Source: a virus
Lineage: Duplodnaviria; Caudoviricetes
Strand: one strand, 5' to 3'
IMG/VR virus record: IMGVR_UViG_3300037423_001433
Location: 18,879-82,878 of that record
Length of the DNA stretch: 64,000 bases
How positions within the stretch are numbered: the first letter of the stretch is position 1; every line of letters begins with the position of its first letter. The translations under genes and the position numbers were made by a program. This document shows, in pieces, positions 47,420 through 56,413 of this stretch. The notes under the pieces were generated by a model. That model was not told where the DNA came from, made no database searches, and saw only the letters and a program-made list of their open reading frames with translations.

Positions 47420-47445
47420 AAAAGAGCGTCACACAGGACGCTCTC
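47420..47445 (-). terminator. intrinsic terminator of early minus-strand genes
   Basis: GAGCGTC/GACGCTC stem + TTTTGTTTT. Confidence 0.7.
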
Positions 47446-47607
47446 AAATGACCTTACATACACTATTTTGTAATGATATTTCTAATTGTTATTACAAAAC
47501 GTTTGCTTCCTGTAATGCAGCAATAGCTAATCCAATCGGTGATTCTGGGTGTATGCTAGAAACAAGATAGAGAAATTGTACTTTCACTTGCTTAGGAGCT
47601 TCCATTT

Positions 47608-47847
47608 TCAAGCCTTTTTGGATTTCTTGATTTTAGCCACTGGGATAGCTTTAGAAGTGGTGCCCTTGCGTTGTGTTGACTTGATACTGTGAAGAGCATG
47701 CGAATGAATGACGCCTGTGGATGAGCCTTTGTAATGACTTGAAGAGCTAAATGAATGAAAGCCAAAAGAATGCCCCATGCCACGAGCGTTAGAGTTATTT
47801 GAAACAATCAACGCGGATACTACAATGATAATTGCAAGAGATTTCAT
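47608..47847 (-). CDS. small signal-peptide, His/Ser/Lys-rich protein
   Basis: MKSLAIIIVVSALIVSNNSNA; AAAGGA RBS. Confidence 0.5.
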   Translation of the reverse strand: MKSLAIIIVVSALIVSNNSNARGMGHSFGFHSFSSSSHYKGSSTGVIHSHALHSIKSTQRKGTTSKAIPVAKIKKSKKA

Positions 47848-47895
47848 AATAATTTCCTTTAAGAAAGAGTGGAATCTAAGGCATTAAAATAAATT

Positions 47896-48264
47896 TCAGA
47901 AACTAAATTTTAACCCAATTTTCTTGTTTTTGATAATTGTTTGTAGCTCTGCTGCAACAATTCCTACTGTCCATGCTGTACGCCATTCTGGAGATAAATT
48001 TTGCATAACAAGATGATTGCCTACTCCAATTGTTGCAAAGTAAGCAATAATCTTGCCATCGCTGGGATGAGAACCTAAAATTCTATTTCTCTCATAAATT
48101 CCGTCATGGTGTTTGATGTCCATCGTCTGACAGAAATCTAGGGTCAGAGTGGTGTCAATTAATGCTTCCTCACCAGAATAATGATAATTATTTTCTTGTG
48201 CATGAGAAACATTTACTGAAAGTGACAAGCAAGCTATAATAATTGCTTTTTTGAAATTTTTCAT
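47896..48264 (-). CDS. exported protein with C-terminal Phe
   Basis: signal MKNFKKAIIIACLSLSVNVSHA; ends GLKFSF; GAGGAG RBS. Confidence 0.55.
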   Translation of the reverse strand: MKNFKKAIIIACLSLSVNVSHAQENNYHYSGEEALIDTTLTLDFCQTMDIKHHDGIYERNRILGSHPSDGKIIAYFATIGVGNHLVMQNLSPEWRTAWTVGIVAAELQTIIKNKKIGLKFSF

Positions 48265-48274
48265 TTTATTCTCC

Positions 48275-48508
48275 TCAACGTCTAATTATAAATCCTTTTA
48301 ATCGTGCCTCAGTTTCTGCAATTGTTCTTTCTTGGTTTTCTACAACAATTTGATGAGTGATGGAATCCCGCACTACCCATGATAAATTTGTTGCTCTTGA
48401 TAAATAAGCATCTTTAATTTTTGGAATTGTTGTTTTTATTGTGTTTTTAGATACATTTTCCATCATGCACCCCAGAAATGTCCTTTTCGTTTCTCTACGG
48501 CAAGCCAC
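48275..48508 (-). CDS. hypothetical protein (start uncertain)
   Basis: ORF track. Confidence 0.35.
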   Translation of the reverse strand: MACRRETKRTFLGCMMENVSKNTIKTTIPKIKDAYLSRATNLSWVVRDSITHQIVVENQERTIAETEARLKGFIIRR

Positions 48509-48588
48509 GTATGGAAAGTAATGTCACATTTGCAATATGGAAATAATTCCTTAAACTTACGTCTTGCTGCATGGAAAGAATTTGACAT
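48448..48588 (-). CDS. hypothetical protein (46 aa)
   Basis: AAGGAG RBS; MSNSFHAARRKFKELFPYCKC. Confidence 0.45.
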
Positions 48589-48603
48589 TTTTATCTCCTT
48601 TTG

Positions 48604-48807
48604 TTAGATTTTTCTTACAATAAAATGATAGAAGTACTTTTCTGTGTAGAGATTGAAAAAATGTTGTTTTACAATTGTATAGGATGGCAGAGGAGCTGGA
48701 TTAATAATTTTTGATGGCTCATAAATTGATGGAAACTGTTCTCTTTTTACACCAGCTCTCTCCAGCTCATACGCAGTATAAACACCTGTTCGTAAAATTA
48801 ATGTCAT
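48604..48807 (-). CDS. hypothetical protein
   Basis: MTLILRTG start right after upstream micro-ORF. Confidence 0.45.
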   Translation of the reverse strand: MTLILRTGVYTAYELERAGVKREQFPSIYEPSKIINPAPLPSYTIVKQHFFNLYTEKYFYHFIVRKI

Positions 48808-48808
48808 T

Positions 48809-48880
48809 TCAATTACCCATTTTGTACTTAGTAAACAAAGCAAACTCGATTGCCACTACTACCAAGATAATTGCAAACAT
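48809..48880 (-). CDS. 23-aa membrane micro-peptide
   Basis: CAGGAG RBS; MFAIILVVVAIEFALFTKYKMGN. Confidence 0.4.
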   Translation of the reverse strand: MFAIILVVVAIEFALFTKYKMGN

Positions 48881-48910
48881 TTTATTCTCCTGTTAAAAAT
48901 TTAAACCCTT

Positions 48911-48976
48911 TAACGCCGCCTGCGATTTCATGACTCTAGTATAGCCGAATCTTCAGCCAATGCAAGAATTATTTTT
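48911..48976 (-). promoter_or_regulatory. early promoter with UP element and conserved leader
   Basis: TAAAAATAATTC-TTGCAT-16-TATACT then GAAATCGCAGGCGGCGTTA. Confidence 0.6.
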
Positions 48977-49033
48977 AAAAACAACAGAAAATTATTTCTA
49001 TTGAAAATTAAAAGTTAATAGGAGAGATATATT

Positions 49034-49132
49034 TCAATCTTCCCAGTTATCAGAATCATTCGGGTCATAATCATCAGGAAAGCAAAAGAATAGAATTAGC
49101 AATATTACACAAATACAGAAAACAGTTTTCAT
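49034..49132 (-). CDS. 32-aa membrane micro-peptide with acidic tail
   Basis: GGGG RBS; MKTVFCICVILLILFFCFPDDYDPNDSDNWED. Confidence 0.4.
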   Translation of the reverse strand: MKTVFCICVILLILFFCFPDDYDPNDSDNWED

Positions 49133-49146
49133 TTTACCCCCGTACG

Positions 49147-49329
49147 TTAGTAAAGATCATTAGTTTGCAGCAAAATCCAGTCTAAGCAACGTTTTTCATC
49201 AAGGTATTTTACAAGCGGAATCGTGCTACCTTTAAACACTACTTCAAACATTGCCGCGTCAGATTTGATTTCATATTCGCAATTATCCGGCAATTTTAGT
49301 TTTGGCTTTCTTGCTTTTAGGTGTGTCAT
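49147..49329 (-). CDS. hypothetical protein
   Basis: 60-aa ORF, TAATG coupling. Confidence 0.5.
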   Translation of the reverse strand: MTHLKARKPKLKLPDNCEYEIKSDAAMFEVVFKGSTIPLVKYLDEKRCLDWILLQTNDLY

Positions 49330-49532
49330 TAGATGGCCTCATCATTTGACTTTTCAATTTTATTGTCAACAGTCCATCCTGTTTTACTTTGCTTCCGTAG
49401 ATACATTACAGATCGCACCCAGTGACGGCGAAGATGTCTTACAGCTGAAACAGGTGTTGTATCGTTTATTGGAAAGAGTTTTGAAGCATACCGTACAAGA
49501 TTAGCTTCACGAGTATTGATTTGTGATTGCAT
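49329..49532 (-). CDS. hypothetical protein
   Basis: 67-aa ORF. Confidence 0.5.
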   Translation of the reverse strand: MQSQINTREANLVRYASKLFPINDTTPVSAVRHLRRHWVRSVMYLRKQSKTGWTVDNKIEKSNDEAI

Positions 49533-49533
49533 A

Positions 49534-49848
49534 TTATTTTCCTATTGATTCAAAATGATTAATTAATTCTTGGATAAAGTGTGTACGTCTTTGGTTTGCC
49601 TCAAAAATGCTTACATGTCTACTTTTAATAGTGGATAGATATGTTCTATAACTCATAGCACCTGCTGTTCGCTTTTTAATCTCACTTCTAATTGTATTAA
49701 CACAAGAAAGACTTACACCATTTATAGCCCATAATTCCAGAAGTTTGATGCAAATATAAAAGTCAGTATCATATTTTGAATAGGTTTTTAAATAGAGCTG
49801 CAATTCTTGCTGCATTTGTTGTAGTGCAACAGAAGGCTTATTAATCAT
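49534..49848 (-). CDS. paralogue-family protein (R-x14-GK end)
   Basis: KPSVAL...YICIKL...RTHFIQELINHFESIGK; AAGGAG RBS. Confidence 0.55.
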   Translation of the reverse strand: MINKPSVALQQMQQELQLYLKTYSKYDTDFYICIKLLELWAINGVSLSCVNTIRSEIKKRTAGAMSYRTYLSTIKSRHVSIFEANQRRTHFIQELINHFESIGK

Positions 49849-50009
49849 TTTATTCTCCTTTGTTTTGTATTTTCAATAAATTTTGGTGGAGTGGTTACAA
49901 CATATCCATACCAAGCATCAAAGCGACCACGTGCACGCTCTGCAAATCGTATCGACTTATACGTATGTAGCTTGCCGGTAATTAAATGTTTAAATTGGTA
50001 CATTACTTT

Positions 50010-50342
50010 TTAAGTTTTTAAGTCTTGCAGAAATTTTTCTGTTAAATCAATGTTATCTTCTGTAATCCATAAATCTTTTATTTCTTTTTGTGCGGCATTG
50101 ACACGATGCCACATTTTGACCTTTTTAATTTTATCTTCGTCGGCGATGTATCCGTAAATAGCTCGATAGGAATTAGATGTTCCAATTTTTAAACCACTAG
50201 ACTTCATGAATTTTGAACCGTCTTCACATGCTATTTGGGTTTTAGTGATTCTATTTACCTTCGTTAAATGGTAATTATTCTCATAGCTACCACTATTATA
50301 AAACACTACGTCCCCGATCTTTGCATTTTGTAAGTTAAACAT
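50010..50342 (-). CDS. hypothetical protein
   Basis: 110-aa ORF; KVNRITKTQI motif common in phage early genes. Confidence 0.6.
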   Translation of the reverse strand: MFNLQNAKIGDVVFYNSGSYENNYHLTKVNRITKTQIACEDGSKFMKSSGLKIGTSNSYRAIYGYIADEDKIKKVKMWHRVNAAQKEIKDLWITEDNIDLTEKFLQDLKT

Positions 50343-50347
50343 TTTAT

Positions 50348-50709
50348 TTATTCTTCCATTCTTGCATTTTTGCGTTTCTCTTCAAACTCATTCCAGTTAA
50401 TAGCGGAATGCACCAATTCATCAACTAGGATTCGCTCAATAAAACGAAAGTCAATTTCTTTTATCTCGATTGCGCTAGATTCGGCATAAGCTGTTAGTAG
50501 CGTTCCCAGTTCATTATGATCATACTTAGATAATGGTTTTACCCAGTCATCAAAGTTATTGCTATAGAAACTAATAAAACCATCCCGTGATGTGTGACGC
50601 TCTTTAATCACTTCCTCAAATACTTGCCGGTTAGTGCCGTTTCAATTTGCTCACTCCAAAGAGAGCAATAAAAGCCGTGAAAGAATGGTATATTAATGAT
50701 AGGTATCAC
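50348..50709 (-). pseudogene. frame-broken remnant of a phage early gene
   Basis: IPFFHGFYCSLWSEQI in one frame, IKERHTSRDGFISFYSN...DHNELGTLL in another. Confidence 0.4.
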
Positions 50710-50781
50710 TTGCACAGCTCCTTTATCAAAAGGTAGATTACAGCAGTCCATAGAGTAAGATTGGTAATGATTAGTTTTATT

Positions 50782-51318
50782 TTAATAATCCTGAAATAAT
50801 TGTTGCAATTTTTCGATATCTGCCAAGCTTATTAAATTTTTTAACTCTAAAAATTGTTTCAAGCATTCATTATAAATTTTTTTAGCTTTCCGTGAGTCTG
50901 TATCATACCCAAAACAACTCGCCCAATCTTCAAACCCTCTATAATTTATAACGTCACAATCCGTAATAATGCAGTAAAGAACATCTAACATTTTTGGGGG
51001 TTCAAGTGGTTTTAACTTTGCAAAATATGCCCTATGTTCAGGTTTGTGACAAAGTTTGTCCCATTTACCAGACTCGCAAGCTTCACGGACATATTTATCA
51101 TAGAAAATTTCATTACTGCGATAATGAGAATAATTCGGCAAATGTCCAATTCCTTGCATGTAATCGGTAATATACTCTTGCCTACCTTTTTTAAATGTTA
51201 TTTTCCAATTTAAGCAAGGATTTTCGCCAGCATTACGGCTTTGCGATTGCGGAATAAATTTAGCTTCGTATGTAAGGCCAAGACTATTAACAAAGCTTTC
51301 CAATGAATGTGCGCTCAT
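50782..51318 (-). CDS. conserved phage early protein
   Basis: GGAG RBS; GFEDWASCFGYDTDSRKA motif. Confidence 0.65.
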   Translation of the reverse strand: MSAHSLESFVNSLGLTYEAKFIPQSQSRNAGENPCLNWKITFKKGRQEYITDYMQGIGHLPNYSHYRSNEIFYDKYVREACESGKWDKLCHKPEHRAYFAKLKPLEPPKMLDVLYCIITDCDVINYRGFEDWASCFGYDTDSRKAKKIYNECLKQFLELKNLISLADIEKLQQLFQDY

Positions 51319-51337
51319 TTTAGTTCTCCAATTGGAT

Positions 51338-51420
51338 TAACGCCGACTGCGATTTCTATTTATTTGCTACTATGACTAAATATTAAAACATGTTTTTAGA
51401 AAACGCAAGAATTATTTTTA
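51338..51420 (-). promoter_or_regulatory. early promoter with UP element and conserved leader
   Basis: TAAAAATAATTC-TTGCGT-17-TAATAT then GAAATCGCAGTCGGCGTTA. Confidence 0.6.
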
Positions 51421-51564
51421 CTCTTGTATGCGCCTTACAACAATTTTCCCTGTGAATCTATTGATAATTTTTACATCCTTTCCACAATAAGGCAACCATT
51501 CCCGCGCACCTTTGAGTGTGAGTGTGTTTTTGTTTGTTCCATAATTACAGATTACCTTATACAT
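51418..51564 (-). CDS. hypothetical protein (48 aa)
   Basis: AAGGGA RBS; MYKVICNYGTNKNTLTLKGAREWLPYC. Confidence 0.5.
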   Translation of the reverse strand: MYKVICNYGTNKNTLTLKGAREWLPYCGKDVKIINRFTGKIVVRRIQE

Positions 51565-51883
51565 GATATCCCTTTATAAAACGGAATTATTCCGACTGTG
51601 TTTTCTTGGAAGCTGATTCTTTTTGTGCTCTGCACCGTTTTTTGATAGTTGTGAAATGCACGCTTTGCATGGTTGAGAATAAGGGCAATACCCATCATCT
51701 CGGCATGTGTGTTCCTTTGGTTTGGTTAGTGCGCTCATCTCTGTTTCCCTTCCTGCATGGCATCTGCATCAATCAAAAATTCAAACGGAACAAGGTAAAT
51801 GCCGAATTCAAAATCAATCCCTCCTCTTGAAATGAATGTCTCCATTTTATACAGCCAATTTTAAATTATTTTTCTTAGTTGTT

Positions 51884-52117
51884 TTATGCGGCAACCACAT
51901 TTGTTGTTTGAGATTGAAATCCCTTTGCCAATGTAACACACCACATAACAACTTGATGCCCATCTTTCCAAACGAGCCTTTTATATGGACGTGTACCGCC
52001 TAGTATGCCTGATTTCTCAGCGAACTGTAATGCGGTTTCGTATTTGTCAAATTTCATTGTGTTTTGGAAATGTGCTACGCCTTGCAGAGAAGTTTGCATC
52101 TTTGAATATCCTTTCAA
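51884..52117 (-). CDS. hypothetical protein
   Basis: ORF track; start uncertain. Confidence 0.4.
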   Translation of the reverse strand: MKGYSKMQTSLQGVAHFQNTMKFDKYETALQFAEKSGILGGTRPYKRLVWKDGHQVVMWCVTLAKGFQSQTTNVVAA

Positions 52118-52554
52118 ATAAGCATGGATTAAAAAGTAAGTGTGTTACATCTGAATAGACAGCATTTTAAACAAATGGTTCCATTCCTGCATTGACATTT
52201 ATCAAACATTGTTAGATTTGCTCTACATCAAATTTAACAAACATTTCCTTGCATTAATCAATTTTCACCTTATGCTTTAAAAACGAACTGAAAAGGGGCG
52301 TGGCTTCCTATTATCTAAAAGCTTTTAGTTATTAGTTTGTTAATATTATTCTGTAGCAACTGCGGAAGGGATGAACATTACCTAAAAGGAATTTATTGCA
52401 ATCATAACAACATTTCCGTCCAGCATCAATCAAGTTTTCGGATTTCAAAAGCTGGAAATTGTTCAGAGGTAATCCAAGGTTTTTTAAAATTAAGATTTTA
52501 TTTTGTAATTTTTCTGAAATCAAAATTCGGATTCTCTGGCTAGCCAATAATTAT

Positions 52555-52941
52555 TTAAGCTTTTGTTTCAACACTAACAATCACACAATTTTTAATTACC
52601 AAAGTGTAAGCATTACATTTTATTTTTCCATTGCACATGAATTTAATTTTATCTTTAATGTCATCCGTGAGGATTGTGTTAACTATGTTATCAATGTTAA
52701 CGCCCTCTACACGTTCAAGATATCGAAGGATAGCATGCTCAGATATCATTGGTTCATTTTCAGCTTCTTTCCTGATTTCACTAATCCTGTACAAAATGGA
52801 AGTAATTTCATTCGTACATTGTTGATAATTGCGCTGTGCTGTGGATACTTCTGATTTCAATACTTCTTGCCTTGTCTGAGCTTTTGCTAGACGTGTTTGA
52901 AGAGATTTTAATTCCTGTGCTGTGACAATTTGTGGTAACAT
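52555..52941 (-). CDS. coiled-coil protein with C-terminal HAILRYLER domain
   Basis: 128-aa ORF. Confidence 0.6.
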   Translation of the reverse strand: MLPQIVTAQELKSLQTRLAKAQTRQEVLKSEVSTAQRNYQQCTNEITSILYRISEIRKEAENEPMISEHAILRYLERVEGVNIDNIVNTILTDDIKDKIKFMCNGKIKCNAYTLVIKNCVIVSVETKA

Positions 52942-53123
52942 TTTAATATCTCTTTCAAGAAAATCGATTTAAGTTTCAAATCCAATGTTAGAGGAGTGTT
53001 GTCCAATATTTTAATCTGTTCACGTAACGAGAACAAAGTAATTTATTGGACAAATAATTTTAGGCAAAAATCGTAGGAAAATTAAAATTGAAAATCTCAA
53101 AAATGCTACGAAAAAAGCATTCC

Positions 53124-53429
53124 TTATTTCTTAATTGTAAAAACAAAATATGGTTCAAATTGTTTATTAAATTCTGGCTTGGCATATTCAACATTCCAAC
53201 CTGCGTTTCGATACAGTGGTTCAAAATCCATCCAACCATTTTCAAAGATATCTTCTCTTGATATTCGATGTGTGGCTAGCGCTTCATTAATAATATCACT
53301 TTGAAGTATCACTATTCGATTTGAATATTTCTTTGATAAAATACTATTTACTATCTCAATAATTGCATCAGGAATATTATTTATCTTATCTGCTTGTGCG
53401 TCCGCAGGAGTAAAAGGATTTACGTTCAT
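53124..53429 (-). CDS. hypothetical protein
   Basis: 101-aa ORF; WMDFEPLYRNAGW motif. Confidence 0.6.
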   Translation of the reverse strand: MNVNPFTPADAQADKINNIPDAIIEIVNSILSKKYSNRIVILQSDIINEALATHRISREDIFENGWMDFEPLYRNAGWNVEYAKPEFNKQFEPYFVFTIKK

Positions 53430-53474
53430 ATAAAAATCCTAAGGAAAATGAAATATAAAATTTCAAATTAGGGG

Positions 53475-53888
53475 TTAATATTTCTTTCCACCAACAGCTT
53501 CGCGAGCTTCTTTTTTATGATCCACACGTTTGGCATTATACTCCATCTTTTCTACAAGTGTACCAGCAATATCTAATTTTAATGCACCTGCAAGGTCAAA
53601 GATACGGATGATAGCATCACTTAATTCACCTTCAATTCCTTTACGATGGGGTAAATGATCATCCATTTTATCTTTTCGATCAGCCTCCATCGCTTCTGAA
53701 ATTTCACCATGAATCAGACAGAGTTTGTTACTCACTGCAAGCGGATTATCCAATACAAATGTTCCATCTTTGTTTGTCCACCAGCCAGCGTTTGCAGAAG
53801 CTTCATGACAAATTTTCTGAAGGTGTGCAACAGCGTGTTGAGTTACAAGAGATTCAGGGCTATTATTGGTATTAAGTTCTAGGTTCAT
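53475..53888 (-). CDS. MazG-like nucleotide pyrophosphohydrolase
   Basis: LCLIHGEISEAMEA...ELSDAIIRIFD...KMEYN. Confidence 0.8.
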   Translation of the reverse strand: MNLELNTNNSPESLVTQHAVAHLQKICHEASANAGWWTNKDGTFVLDNPLAVSNKLCLIHGEISEAMEADRKDKMDDHLPHRKGIEGELSDAIIRIFDLAGALKLDIAGTLVEKMEYNAKRVDHKKEAREAVGGKKY

Positions 53889-54105
53889 TTTGTTTTTCCA
53901 TCATTGTAATAAGGTTATTTAGACGTGTTTCAAATACATCTATTTGCCGAGTGAATGCAGCAATTTTCAATTGTTGTGTTTGTAGCTCTTCAAATGCTGC
54001 AATAAGAGTTTCTTCTGTGAGGGTAAGCTTTGTTCCTCGCAGCTGTTTTGTTTTAAGGTTATCATATGCTTTTCTGTATGCTGCTCGTTGGACATCATTC
54101 ATCAT
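53872..54105 (-). CDS. hypothetical coiled-coil protein
   Basis: 77-aa ORF. Confidence 0.5.
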   Translation of the reverse strand: MMNDVQRAAYRKAYDNLKTKQLRGTKLTLTEETLIAAFEELQTQQLKIAAFTRQIDVFETRLNNLITMMEKQNEPRT

Positions 54106-54107
54106 AA

Positions 54108-54434
54108 CTATTGTCCAATTGCTTCATACTGTGCTATCATCCAATCAAGCCAAAGTAGACGGCCTTCATTAGCTTCTCTGTTGCTTATGTGCTCAAAGCC
54201 TTGATGATAGAGCCAACTAGTATAGGTTTTACTTGAAATAATTGTACCATCTTCGTCTTTATTTCCAAGTAAACATGCAATAAAATTGACACACTCATCA
54301 TACACTTCCCAAGATATTTCATTAAGAGCTTGCATGCGGCATAATTCATTACAAATGAAAAAACATATATCCAAATCTATGTTCTGCAATTTGAATTTCA
54401 CTGCTTTCAATGCATTTGATGGTTTTGTAATCAT
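54108..54434 (-). CDS. paralogue-family protein (R-x14-GQ end)
   Basis: KPSNALK...FICNEL...RLLWLDWMIAQYEAIGQ. Confidence 0.6.
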   Translation of the reverse strand: MITKPSNALKAVKFKLQNIDLDICFFICNELCRMQALNEISWEVYDECVNFIACLLGNKDEDGTIISSKTYTSWLYHQGFEHISNREANEGRLLWLDWMIAQYEAIGQ

Positions 54435-54445
54435 TTTGTCTCCTT

Positions 54446-54778
54446 TTATTGTCCAATTGATTTGGCATATTCCGAAGCGAATAGAAGTGCTATAATTCTA
54501 TGTAATTGATTTTCTTTAACTTCTTCGATAGATATCATAAATATAGATGCGTCTCCAAACCAATAAGCAAAAGAACTTACTCCATCTTCTTTAAAAAGGG
54601 ACTTAAATATTTCGTTTGCAGACTCAAGTTGATTGTAAAATTTTATATTAAAAGAGCCATCATGAAAAATTGTTCTTTCAATAGCTGCACAACATCCATC
54701 CCATTCGTACGGAGAGCTGTTTTCTAAATCATCACTTATAATTTTTGCAGCTTTTTTAAATATTGTGCTTAATTTCAT
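54446..54778 (-). CDS. paralogue-family protein (R-x14-GQ end)
   Basis: KLSTIFKKAA...GCCAAI...RIIALLFASEYAKSIGQ. Confidence 0.6.
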   Translation of the reverse strand: MKLSTIFKKAAKIISDDLENSSPYEWDGCCAAIERTIFHDGSFNIKFYNQLESANEIFKSLFKEDGVSSFAYWFGDASIFMISIEEVKENQLHRIIALLFASEYAKSIGQ

Positions 54779-54787
54779 TTTTATTCC

Positions 54788-55219
54788 TTACTTGTTAATA
54801 CAGAAGTTTTTTGCTTGATCCGGATTATTGCAAAAGTACGGCTGGCCATATTCTTTGAACTCTTCGGTCATACATTGGAATCTATACCATGCATTTTTCA
54901 AGCATTTCTCTTTAATATGATCTGAATGATATGAAATATAGGATGGATGTAATACTCCATTTGTTGCACTTTCAAGATTAAAAGTGCCTCCGCATGCTTG
55001 ATGCAAAAATTTTATAATTTTATTTCTCACCAATTTTACTGTAGCAATATCATGTTGAATATATCCTTTTCCCGCCTGAAAGGAAGATGTGTTAGGCGCT
55101 TTTGGAAGTTGTCTCATATAAAAATCAACAATTTCACAAAGTTCTTTATAATTCGCACAACTAGTGAAGTCAGTAAATTCTACACCATCATCGGCAACAT
55201 AAATTGTTTTAGTTTTCAT
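54788..55219 (-). CDS. hypothetical protein
   Basis: YVADDGVEF N-terminal motif typical of phage small proteins. Confidence 0.6.
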   Translation of the reverse strand: MKTKTIYVADDGVEFTDFTSCANYKELCEIVDFYMRQLPKAPNTSSFQAGKGYIQHDIATVKLVRNKIIKFLHQACGGTFNLESATNGVLHPSYISYHSDHIKEKCLKNAWYRFQCMTEEFKEYGQPYFCNNPDQAKNFCINK

Positions 55220-55221
55220 TT

Positions 55222-55614
55222 TTAATCCCTCAATTCCACGTTAAAATATTCGCATACACCATAGCATTCAATTTCAGTGGCAAAATCTCTATAAAACATT
55301 GTTTGAGAATTTCCAATATTACAATACTCATTTTCTACTTCATAAATTACAACGCGGAAATTTCTATTCAATGCTCTAAGCCAGTCATCATTATAAAGCC
55401 ATGCACGCGCTTGTTCAAATGAAGCGAACCCAAATCGCCAAGTGCTTCCGGCCCAAAGAAAAGCATGGCTTGTTATTCCTTGAGAGCTTAATCCAGAATC
55501 TTGCCAAGGCATTGGATGTTTTACACTACTGGAACTGCTGATTTCGTAAGGAAAATAATTACTATAATACATTCCCACACCAGCTTCATCTTCAATACGG
55601 ATGATCTTGATCAT
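55222..55614 (-). CDS. hypothetical protein
   Basis: 130-aa ORF. Confidence 0.6.
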   Translation of the reverse strand: MIKIIRIEDEAGVGMYYSNYFPYEISSSSSVKHPMPWQDSGLSSQGITSHAFLWAGSTWRFGFASFEQARAWLYNDDWLRALNRNFRVVIYEVENEYCNIGNSQTMFYRDFATEIECYGVCEYFNVELRD

Positions 55615-56082
55615 TTAGCCCTCTGCAAAAGAATTTAATATAGAGATGTCGAGATTATAATCTAAACCAATTTCTTGTAAGTTTTTATGCCATTGTAACT
55701 CTGGAGTGTCGTCGTGAATGATTTGAAGTTTTCGCAAGAAAACATATTTTTCTGAGAGTTTTGTAGAGTTTGAATCATTCAAATATTCTTCTGTAGTGAG
55801 AACGTTTGAATTATATAAGGCTACAAGAACCCTATCTGATTTAGAAATATTTCTCTCTAGTGCCTTATAATATTCTGAATCTTTTATCAAACAACCAACA
55901 GCGCACATTAATGCACATCCATCATCGGAAACAGTCCTATATTTACAATGGTTATCAGCGCCAACAGAACGCTGTTTTTGGGTAAGCAGGTGTGAGCACA
56001 CTGTATCATAAATTTGTTGCAATGTCATTACTTGCTTATTATTCATTGTATTCAAAATTGAATCTAGCATGTTATTCTCCAA
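55615..56082 (-). CDS. hypothetical protein
   Basis: CKYR...CAVGCLI motif. Confidence 0.6.
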   Translation of the reverse strand: MENNMLDSILNTMNNKQVMTLQQIYDTVCSHLLTQKQRSVGADNHCKYRTVSDDGCALMCAVGCLIKDSEYYKALERNISKSDRVLVALYNSNVLTTEEYLNDSNSTKLSEKYVFLRKLQIIHDDTPELQWHKNLQEIGLDYNLDISILNSFAEG

Positions 56083-56413
56083 TACTTTCTACATATTCCG
56101 CTGCTAACAATAAAGCAATTACACGCCTGCCTTGACGTTCTTTAATTTGTTTTGAAGTTCCAATATTAGGATCACCAAACCAAAAGTCAAACGAAGTTTT
56201 GTGAGAGGGTTTAAACAATTGCCTAAAAAATTTAGCTGCGTCCTCTTTTAGTGCGTGATGCTCATAAAAAGGCGTATCTAAATTGTATACCGCGTCGTTA
56301 ATAGCATTACAACAACCCCAATTATAAGAGTACGAAAAATCTTCTTCAATAATTTTTTCTTCAATAATTTTTGCAGCTTTACGAAAAATTTCACTTAGCT
56401 TTACTTGTTTCAT
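56072..56413 (-). CDS. paralogue-family protein (R-x14-GE end)
   Basis: KLSEIFRKAA...GCCNAI...RVIALLLAAEYVESIGE. Confidence 0.6.
   Translation of the reverse strand: MKQVKLSEIFRKAAKIIEEKIIEEDFSYSYNWGCCNAINDAVYNLDTPFYEHHALKEDAAKFFRQLFKPSHKTSFDFWFGDPNIGTSKQIKERQGRRVIALLLAAEYVESIGE

Noticed and set aside
47098-47807. ORFs 47098-47283 and 47592-47807
   Set aside because: No RBS; the latter overlaps the better-supported 47608-47847 gene in another frame
48893-48931. Leaderless 12-aa peptide MKSQAALKGLNF over the conserved early leader
   Set aside because: The second copy of the leader (51338) lacks the ATG, so conservation is not at peptide level
52961-52972. AAATCGATTTAA matching part of the 46892 palindrome
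   Set aside because: Short AT-rich match also present in coding DNA (about 20914); could be chance
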